Positions 53,479 to 59,765 of a stretch of DNA of 59,765 nt are shown here, piece after piece. Below the pieces are notes generated by a model, which saw nothing but the letters and a program-made list of their open reading frames with translations, was not told the origin of the DNA and ran no database searches. The stretch's first letter is position 1, and each line of letters opens with the position of its first letter. Source of the DNA: a virus (Duplodnaviria > Caudoviricetes); IMG/VR virus record IMGVR_UViG_3300037311_000053, positions 1 to 59,765 of that record, one strand, 5' to 3'. Made by a program: the position numbers and the translations under genes.

Positions 53479-54174
53479 ATGAGCGGCCACGTCAAATACT
53501 TCCCCGAAATGCAGCAAGGCAGCATGGAATGGTACGAAGCGCGCTTGGGTCTGATGACTGCCAGCGAGATGAAGCATGTCCTAACCCCGAAACTCAAGCT
53601 CGCGGATAACGAGAAGACTCGGACCCATGTTTACGAATTACTAGCCCAGCGGATCAGTGGCTACGTTGAGCCCATATTTGAGAGTTTCGACATGCTCCGC
53701 GGGTGCGAAGATGAAATCGAAGCACGCATTTTGTACGCCAAGAATTATGCACCCGTCGAGGAATGCGGATTCATCACAAACAATAAGTGGGGTTTTAGCA
53801 TCGGTTATTCGCCGGACGGCCTAGTTGGGGATGACGGGCTGATCGAATGTAAATCGCGCAAGCAGAAATATCAGGTCCAGACCATCGTGGAATGCTCGGC
53901 CGCCAATAAGGCGCCAGAGGATTACATGCTTCAACTCCAAACGGGGCTTCTGGTTTCAGAGCGTCAATGGATTGATTTCATTAGTTACAGCGGGGGGCTC
54001 CCAATGACCGTTATTCGGGTTTTCCCAGATCCGGTTGTTCAAACCGCAATCCTTCAAGCGGCATCCGATTTTGAAGAACGCATTGCCCACGCCAAGGCGA
54101 TTTATGACGCGATGATGGCGTCCAATGCTCGTCTGGTCCCAACGAAGCGCACCAACCAGGAGATGTTCGTATGA
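53479..54174 (+). CDS. Lambda-exonuclease / YqaJ-family recombination nuclease
   Basis: QGSMEWYEARLG.MTASE, SPDGLV, IECK, QLQ. Confidence 0.92.
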   Translation: MSGHVKYFPEMQQGSMEWYEARLGLMTASEMKHVLTPKLKLADNEKTRTHVYELLAQRISGYVEPIFESFDMLRGCEDEIEARILYAKNYAPVEECGFITNNKWGFSIGYSPDGLVGDDGLIECKSRKQKYQVQTIVECSAANKAPEDYMLQLQTGLLVSERQWIDFISYSGGLPMTVIRVFPDPVVQTAILQAASDFEERIAHAKAIYDAMMASNARLVPTKRTNQEMFV

Positions 54175-54866
54175 CCGTCATTAGAGTCATTGATTTTGAA
54201 ACGACCGGCGCCGAGCCTCCCGCTGCACAAGTATGTGAAGTTGGCCTGTGTGATCTGAATGTCGAGGAAAGGTCTGTCGCCACCCCTCGTTCATGGCTTT
54301 GCGGCGTGGATGCAATGCCAGCCGATGTACGCGCCGTTCATCATATCACTCTGGCTGAGTGTGCAGAGTTTTGCATGTTTGACCCAGACCTAATCTTTGA
54401 AGACGAGATCGATGCCATCGCAGCGCACAATGCGAAGTTTGAAACTCAGTTTTTCACGTCTCCGGTTCCGATCATCTGCACATACAAAGCGGCATTGCGC
54501 GCTTGGCCAGATGCGCCAAGCCACAGCAATAGCGTTCTGCGCTACTGGCTTGAGGATGAGGGCCTTATCACCCCTGACGCCGCATTAACACAGCCAGCGC
54601 ACCGCGCCGGCCCCGATGCTTATGTAACCGCTCACATCCTTTGCGCGCTATTCAATGCTGGTCACACCGGCCGCGAAATGATCGCATGGACAAAGCAGCC
54701 AGCCTTGTTGCCAGTCTGCCCACTTGGAAAATTCAGGGGAAAGCCTTGGAGCGATGTCGAGGCAGGCTTTTTGGGCTGGATGCTGCGCCAACCAGACATG
54801 GATGAAGAACTGAAATGGAACGCCCAGCGCGAAATTGCGCGGCGCAATGGAGAACCAATGCAATGA
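54171..54866 (+). CDS. DEDDh 3'-5' exonuclease (exonuclease X-like)
   Basis: VIDFETTG, AHNAKFE, AHRAGPDAYVT, GKFRG. Confidence 0.9.
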   Translation: MTVIRVIDFETTGAEPPAAQVCEVGLCDLNVEERSVATPRSWLCGVDAMPADVRAVHHITLAECAEFCMFDPDLIFEDEIDAIAAHNAKFETQFFTSPVPIICTYKAALRAWPDAPSHSNSVLRYWLEDEGLITPDAALTQPAHRAGPDAYVTAHILCALFNAGHTGREMIAWTKQPALLPVCPLGKFRGKPWSDVEAGFLGWMLRQPDMDEELKWNAQREIARRNGEPMQ

Positions 54867-55654
54867 ACGACATGACCGCCGTGATTATCCCCAAGAGCGA
54901 TCAGTTGAATGCTGACTCCCTCATTGGTGGGCCAATGACCATCAAAATTCGTGATGTCGCTATTCGACCTGGCACGGAACAGCCGGTGTCAATCTTCTTT
55001 GAAGGCGACGACGATAAGCCTTGGAAGCCATGCAAGTCGATGTCGCGCGTAATGGTGTCGGTATGGGGCCCAGACGCCAAGGTCTATATTGGCCGTAGCT
55101 TGACGCTTTACCGTGACCCAACCGTCAAATGGGGCGGGATGGAAGTCGGGGGCATTCGGATAAGCCACATGTCGCACATGGAAGGAACCATGATGATGGC
55201 GCTTACCGCCACAAAGGGAAGCCGAAAGCCCTACACCGTCCACCCGCTTACAAATAAGCAGACCGGCCAACTCACTCTGGAAACCGCCAAGGATGCTCTC
55301 AACGGGGCAAAGGACATGGACGAGTTGAAGGCCATTTGGAGCAACAAACAGATGGCTCCTTTCCGCGATGATCTCACCGATTTCCTTGCTGAACGGAAAG
55401 CAGCCATGTCGACGCCGGCTGATCGCGAAGAAACGCAAGCCGAAGTCGAGCAGGAAGCCGACGACACCCCAGCATGGGCAGGCATGGTCGCTGACTGGAA
55501 AGAACGGATCGCCAATGCCGATGTTGTCGGGACGATCATCGCTATCCGCGGTGAACTGAAACCGCATGTCGACGTCTTGCCCAGCGATGTCGCTCACGAA
55601 CTGTACGGGTTGCTTGATGAAGCGGCCGCCAAATTTACCACGAAAGGGGAATAA
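54863..55654 (+). CDS. Putative ssDNA-binding/annealing partner of the exonuclease
   Basis: PKSDQLNAD...KPCKSM.RV...VGGIRISHMS conserved N-domain in the recombinase position. Confidence 0.65.
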   Translation: MNDMTAVIIPKSDQLNADSLIGGPMTIKIRDVAIRPGTEQPVSIFFEGDDDKPWKPCKSMSRVMVSVWGPDAKVYIGRSLTLYRDPTVKWGGMEVGGIRISHMSHMEGTMMMALTATKGSRKPYTVHPLTNKQTGQLTLETAKDALNGAKDMDELKAIWSNKQMAPFRDDLTDFLAERKAAMSTPADREETQAEVEQEADDTPAWAGMVADWKERIANADVVGTIIAIRGELKPHVDVLPSDVAHELYGLLDEAAAKFTTKGE

Positions 55655-55656
55655 CC

Positions 55657-55884
55657 ATGTCGAGTTTTATCCGCCGCATTGAGCGGACACAGCATCCATC
55701 TCAGGCAGTCCACTACGCCAAGGATGATGATGGCAAGAATGTTGGAGATGCGTTCTCCAATCCAGCGCGCAAGGTCTTCTTCAAAGGCCGTGGTTCAAAA
55801 CTTGGGGTCCACAATCCCAAGGCGAAAGACCTGATCGCCCGTCAAAAGCGGGAAGCAAAGCGCGCAGTAATGAAGGGAGAATAA
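55657..55884 (+). CDS. Basic hypothetical protein
   Basis: AAGGGG RBS. Confidence 0.6.
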   Translation: MSSFIRRIERTQHPSQAVHYAKDDDGKNVGDAFSNPARKVFFKGRGSKLGVHNPKAKDLIARQKREAKRAVMKGE

Positions 55885-55886
55885 CC

Positions 55887-56141
55887 ATGTTAATGTTTAA
55901 ATCCACGCACCAACGCCTTTTGAAGCAGGCAGTCGAAAACGCTGAAGCCAATGATCGCCAGATTGCAGATGCACTCGCCAGCGTTCGGGAAGACACCATC
56001 AAGCGCCTTCGCCAAACCGTCGCTGATCGGGAAGCGCGCATTACGGCGATGACACCGGACTTTGAATTGGGCCGGAAGCGTCGGTTGAATTACGAAGCCG
56101 ACAATGCGCGTCGCAAAGCAGCTCGGAAGGCAGCGAAGTAA
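55887..56141 (+). CDS. Coiled-coil hypothetical protein
   Basis: GGGAG RBS; its leader nearly duplicates the previous one (GAATAACCATGT). Confidence 0.6.
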   Translation: MLMFKSTHQRLLKQAVENAEANDRQIADALASVREDTIKRLRQTVADREARITAMTPDFELGRKRRLNYEADNARRKAARKAAK

Positions 56142-56319
56142 TGCGCGGACACCGTTCATTCGTGGGCGGGACCGGATGCTTCCGGCGCGGTCGGGGCGAG
56201 GGGGTATTATTGCCCTCTCCCTCGTCGCCCATCTTCCATACCCGCGATAGGCAGGCCGAATTGGTCCCTCAGGTTATCAGGGAGCGCCACAGGGCTAAAC
56301 TGGCCCGTAATGGAGAGGA

Positions 56320-56667
56320 TTGCTGGTGACGCTTCCCCCACGCATTGCCAAGCGCAAGAATAGAACCGCTCGGTTCCGTTCTCAGGCGCATTGTTCATTT
56401 GTGAGAAGTCACGCTTGCTGCGCTTGCGGATCTACAACGGCGATCGAGGTCGCTCATATTCGTACCGGAACCGATTGCGGTATGGGAACGAAGCCATCTG
56501 ATTTCTGGACCATATCTCTCTGCAAGACATGCCACCAATGGCAACATCGCAACAGCGAGCAGGCGCTCGAAAAGAAATACACCTTCGACATGAAGGAAAT
56601 GGCCCGCGCATTTGTGAAGGCCAGCCCAAAGAGACGAGAACTTGAAGCAGCAAGGGATGGAATATGA
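56320..56667 (+). CDS. DUF968 / HNHc-like nuclease
   Basis: CCACG...EVAHIR...GMGTKPSD...LCKTCH. Confidence 0.8.
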   Translation: MLVTLPPRIAKRKNRTARFRSQAHCSFVRSHACCACGSTTAIEVAHIRTGTDCGMGTKPSDFWTISLCKTCHQWQHRNSEQALEKKYTFDMKEMARAFVKASPKRRELEAARDGI

Positions 56668-56999
56668 CCGAAAGACGAACAACATTGTCCGATCGCACTC
56701 AGGTTTACCCAGAGCATCGGAAAATAATCGAAGAAGGCCCGCGCAAAGGCCAGCAAGAAGGCTATGTTGTGCTGGCAGAGGAGGAAATCGCCAAGGGCTA
56801 TGTTCGACCTCTCCGCCAGTCATACAAGCATCTGAAATGCGGCGTTGTGACGACAATGGGTATCACCCTTGCTCAAACTTATGCGCGCGATCCTTACTTT
56901 TACTCCGGCACATTCTGTTGCGGATGCGGGACACATTTCCCCGTTGGCGATGACGGAGAATTTGTCTGGGATGGCACTGATGAGAAGGTTGGAACATGA
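56664..56999 (+). CDS. Conserved phage Zn-binding protein
   Basis: YVVL..EE..KGYVRP...HLKCG...TFCCGC. Confidence 0.75.
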   Translation: MTERRTTLSDRTQVYPEHRKIIEEGPRKGQQEGYVVLAEEEIAKGYVRPLRQSYKHLKCGVVTTMGITLAQTYARDPYFYSGTFCCGCGTHFPVGDDGEFVWDGTDEKVGT

Positions 57000-57256
57000 A
57001 AACTAAATCGCAACAACCCACAGTCAATCACATTGCATTCCGTGATGAACTTCTCACGCTTTTAAATAAGCACAGCGGTCACTTGGACGCAGCCGAGTTA
57101 TTGGCTCTTTCCGCTTATACCACTGGTCAAATCTTAGCCATGATGGACGCTCGCAAATGGACATCCGAATTGGCGATGGAAGTGGTTATCAAGAACATTG
57201 AGGCCGGTAACACTCAAGCCATAGCCGATGCCGCAAAATGGATGGGCAGCGCATGA
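56996..57256 (+). CDS. Hypothetical protein
   Basis: ATGA coupling. Confidence 0.7.
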   Translation: MKTKSQQPTVNHIAFRDELLTLLNKHSGHLDAAELLALSAYTTGQILAMMDARKWTSELAMEVVIKNIEAGNTQAIADAAKWMGSA

Positions 57257-57525
57257 ACAAAACCGTCGCAACACCATTTACGCCGCATCCCGCGCATAGG
57301 CCAATGTCCCCAGCCGATGCCGAGGTCTTCGATCTGGCCGCCGAAATGCTCGCCATGCCCCATCTATCCCAAGCAATCCGAGATGCTGGGGGAGATACGG
57401 CCAATTTTGCCCATTTCAGCCGTCAGGAGTGCCGTGGCAGGCCGATTGACCCTTGGGCCGCTGAAAATGAGCATGAAACGGTCGCCGCCGCCCTCAAGCG
57501 CGTTGCTGAGGGGCTTCGGGGATGA
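57253..57525 (+). CDS. Hypothetical protein
   Basis: ATGA coupling. Confidence 0.6.
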   Translation: MNKTVATPFTPHPAHRPMSPADAEVFDLAAEMLAMPHLSQAIRDAGGDTANFAHFSRQECRGRPIDPWAAENEHETVAAALKRVAEGLRG

Positions 57526-57740
57526 ACAAGCCTTCCCGTATCACTGTGGCAGCATGGCCTGGGTTGATGTCGCTTGACATCGCCGCTGCCTATTGTTGCT
57601 TTAGCGAGCGGGATTTTAAAAAGGCGGTCGCGTCCGGTGAGTTGCCTCAGCCCGTTTTGATCGATGGGAAGGAAAGGTGGCGTCTCGCCGACCTTCAAGC
57701 AAACGGAGAGGAGCGCGAAGAATGGCGCATGTCAGATTAG
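57522..57740 (+). CDS. Excisionase (AlpA/Xis-like)
   Basis: WPGLM...AAAYC...GELPQP...RWRLADL; overlaps the integrase start. Confidence 0.8.
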   Translation: MNKPSRITVAAWPGLMSLDIAAAYCCFSERDFKKAVASGELPQPVLIDGKERWRLADLQANGEEREEWRMSD

Positions 57741-58744
57741 AACACGTCAAAACCGTGAGGTCTAAGGGCCATACCTATCTTTATTTCGATACCGGAGAGA
57801 CGGTGAACGGCAAGCCCGTCTATAAACGGCTTCCCGAACCATCATCACCTGACTTTGGGACCAAATACGCCACGATGAAGGCCATCAGGACGCGCCGGTC
57901 CAGCCGTGCTGCGCTGATTACGGTCGAGCAGTTATGTTATGCTTACGAAAAAGGGCCTCGGTTCCAAAACCGTAGCCGCCGCACGCAAGACGCGTATTCG
58001 ATATATCTTGCCAACATCGTTCGCCGCTTCCGAGATCCAAAGAAGGGCAGTTGGCCAGTTACGCAGATCGAGCGTCCGCACATTCGCGCATTGCTGGCGC
58101 CGCTCGGACCTGGCGCGCAGATCATGCAGCTCGCGGTTTTGAGGAATGTTTTTTCCTACGGCCGTAAGGCGGACAAAATTCCATCATCATTTGCGCCGGA
58201 TAAAGACATAGAGATCGACCATAAATCATCTCCGCATAAGCCTTGGCCGGCAAGTTTAGTGAAGAAAGCCCTTCAAGACCCATCAGTAAGGCTCGCGGTC
58301 GGGCTTTTATACTTCACTGGACAGCGGATCGAGCGCGTTTGCGGTATGAAATGGTCCGACATTGAGGATAATGTCATCCATGTCCCGCCTCACAAGAAGC
58401 AGGGCGACTTGTATATTCCGATTCACTCGGAATTGGCCAAAATACTGGCCAACTATCCAAAAAGCCTGACAACGATCATCTGTAACCCAGATGGAACGCC
58501 TTTAACGCCTGCAGCGCTTCGCCCTCGCCTCCAAAAGTGGACGATGAAGCACGGTGGCAAGTTTAACCCTCATGGCTTGCGGAAAAACGCGGTCGACGCC
58601 CTGTTTGAAGCCGGATGCAGCGCAGCAATGGTGTCCGCGATCACCGGCCAGTCTTTGCAGATGCTCGAACACTACGCTCAGGGCAGAAATAACCGAATTT
58701 TGGGCCAAACCGGCATGAAATTGTGGGACAGGAACGCAAAATGA
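57722..58744 (+). CDS. Tyrosine recombinase / phage integrase
   Basis: TGQR, HGLRK, TGQ...HY catalytic motifs; ends 60 bp from the right att core. Confidence 0.95.
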   Translation: MAHVRLEHVKTVRSKGHTYLYFDTGETVNGKPVYKRLPEPSSPDFGTKYATMKAIRTRRSSRAALITVEQLCYAYEKGPRFQNRSRRTQDAYSIYLANIVRRFRDPKKGSWPVTQIERPHIRALLAPLGPGAQIMQLAVLRNVFSYGRKADKIPSSFAPDKDIEIDHKSSPHKPWPASLVKKALQDPSVRLAVGLLYFTGQRIERVCGMKWSDIEDNVIHVPPHKKQGDLYIPIHSELAKILANYPKSLTTIICNPDGTPLTPAALRPRLQKWTMKHGGKFNPHGLRKNAVDALFEAGCSAAMVSAITGQSLQMLEHYAQGRNNRILGQTGMKLWDRNAK

Positions 58745-58798
58745 ACAGGAAAACCGAAGGAAAAACCATGAAAAAAATGGCCCAGAACCTCACTTGCT

Positions 58799-58816
58799 CG
58801 TTTAAGTCAATTTAAG
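58799..58816. other. Right attachment site (core AAGTCAATT at 58804-58812)
   Basis: CGTTTAAGTCAATTTAAG, direct repeat of the left core just downstream of the integrase. Confidence 0.8.
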
Positions 58817-58959
58817 ACGCGGGCTGCATATCGTCACATGCGGCCAAATGTGTAAATTCGCCGACAAGCGTTGGAACATTCCAATTTTTGTTCTTCGATA
58901 ACTAATTGCTTCATTAAAGAGCTACGGATGGTATGAACCGATGCAAAGGAGAGGCCCAA

Positions 58960-59580
58960 ATGCCAGGCGATCGGGTTGAATTTTTTTATGATCTTTCCAG
59001 TCCTTGGACCTATTTAGCCTTTACCAATTTGCAAAATGTTTTGGCAAGAACGGGTGCAACAGCGCGTCTGCGACCGATATTGGTTGGCGGGGTCTTCAAC
59101 GCCGTAAACCAGTCGGTCTATGCTGCGCGCGAAGATACGGATAATCGCAAACTGGTACACAGTTGGCGTGTGCTTAAAGATTGGGCTGCATTCACCGGCG
59201 TTCCATTGCGATTTCCCTCGCAATTTCATCCAGCGAAAAGCGTCCATGCAATGCGCATGGCATGCACTTTGGCAGACGACATGTCGGCTCTAAGCACTTT
59301 TACAAAGGCAGCATTTGAAAGCTACTTTGGTCGCGAAGAAAATCTTGACGATCCGGACATTCTAGTTGCGGTAGCAAGCGCAGCAGGATTGGACGGAGAA
59401 GCCATGAAGGCTGCTGCGCAGACTGATGAGGTGAAGTCGCTGCTTCGCGCAAACACCGAGGAAGTAATCGCGCGCGGCGGTTATGGTTCGCCAACGATCT
59501 TCGTCGACACAACTAAAATGTATTTCGGCAACGACCAGTTGCCACTTGTGGAATTTGCTTTGAAGGAAAAGTCTGCATGA
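58960..59580 (+). CDS. Host 2-hydroxychromene-2-carboxylate isomerase / DsbA-like (GST kappa) protein
   Basis: EFFYDLSSPWTYLA...GGYGSPTIFV...FGNDQL; AGGAG RBS. Confidence 0.92.
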   Translation: MPGDRVEFFYDLSSPWTYLAFTNLQNVLARTGATARLRPILVGGVFNAVNQSVYAAREDTDNRKLVHSWRVLKDWAAFTGVPLRFPSQFHPAKSVHAMRMACTLADDMSALSTFTKAAFESYFGREENLDDPDILVAVASAAGLDGEAMKAAAQTDEVKSLLRANTEEVIARGGYGSPTIFVDTTKMYFGNDQLPLVEFALKEKSA

Positions 59581-59765
59581 ATGAACGTGTAAGCATCACT
59601 GTCGAAAACCATGTTGCAGATGTGCGACTGACCCGGGCGGATAAGATGAATGCTCTGGACCCTGCTATGTTCGAAGGAATTATTGCGGCCGGTGAACGGA
59701 TCGCATCTATGCAGGGAATTCGTGTCGTTGTTTTATCGGGTGAGGGACGTAGTTTTTGTGCCGGG
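59577..59765 (+). CDS. Host enoyl-CoA hydratase / crotonase, 5' part only
   Basis: MNERVSITVENHVADVRLTRADKMNALD...VVVLSGEGRSFCAG; runs off the window. Confidence 0.9.
   Translation, partial: MNERVSITVENHVADVRLTRADKMNALDPAMFEGIIAAGERIASMQGIRVVVLSGEGRSFCAG

Larger units (their letters stand above)
245..58812. mobile_element. Integrated temperate prophage, lambda-like head and long non-contractile tail, ~58.6 kb
   Basis: Integrase/Xis, CI/Cro, replication, GpA terminase, portal, capsid, tail tube, tape measure and lysis genes, bounded by the direct repeat AAGTCAATT and flanked by host metabolic genes. Confidence 0.95.

Noticed and set aside
58640-58680. Integrase inactivated because Gln replaces the second catalytic His (TGQ)
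   Set aside because: This position varies among tyrosine recombinases, and R, HxxR and Y are intact.

Overview
The window holds one apparently complete ~58.6 kb temperate siphovirus-like prophage (about 245-58812) in an alphaproteobacterial host, probably a sphingomonad (inferred from gene style). It sits between the 5' end of a probable M23 peptidase gene and an HCCA-isomerase/enoyl-CoA hydratase pair. attL and attR share the core AAGTCAATT. The reconstructed attP is a perfect inverted repeat, and the reconstructed attB is a consensus CtrA box. Modules from right to left: tyrosine integrase/Xis; recombination and early genes; a CI/Cro switch with TTACG-N5-CGTAA operators; an anti-defence/DNA-modification block (two methyltransferases, an ABC-ATPase-GNAT Mom-like fusion, an Acb2/Tad1-like protein, a frameshifted RuvC-like gene); replication with iterons; a Q-like regulator; lambda-type terminase, portal and capsid with an unusual appendage cluster between terminase and portal; tail genes with a -1 frameshifted chaperone; and lysis. 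The most unusual part is an accessory block at about 3.9-10.6 kb. It has two intact type II hammerhead ribozymes in the same orientation, each about 55 nt upstream of a start codon, at least 13 same-strand copies of a 16-bp asymmetric motif (CCCTWYC-NNN-RRAATW), shifted codon usage, a divergent XRE regulator, an HNH nuclease and an ATP-dependent ligase lacking its OB domain. All calls come from reading the sequence and motifs by eye; no database searches or folding programs were run.
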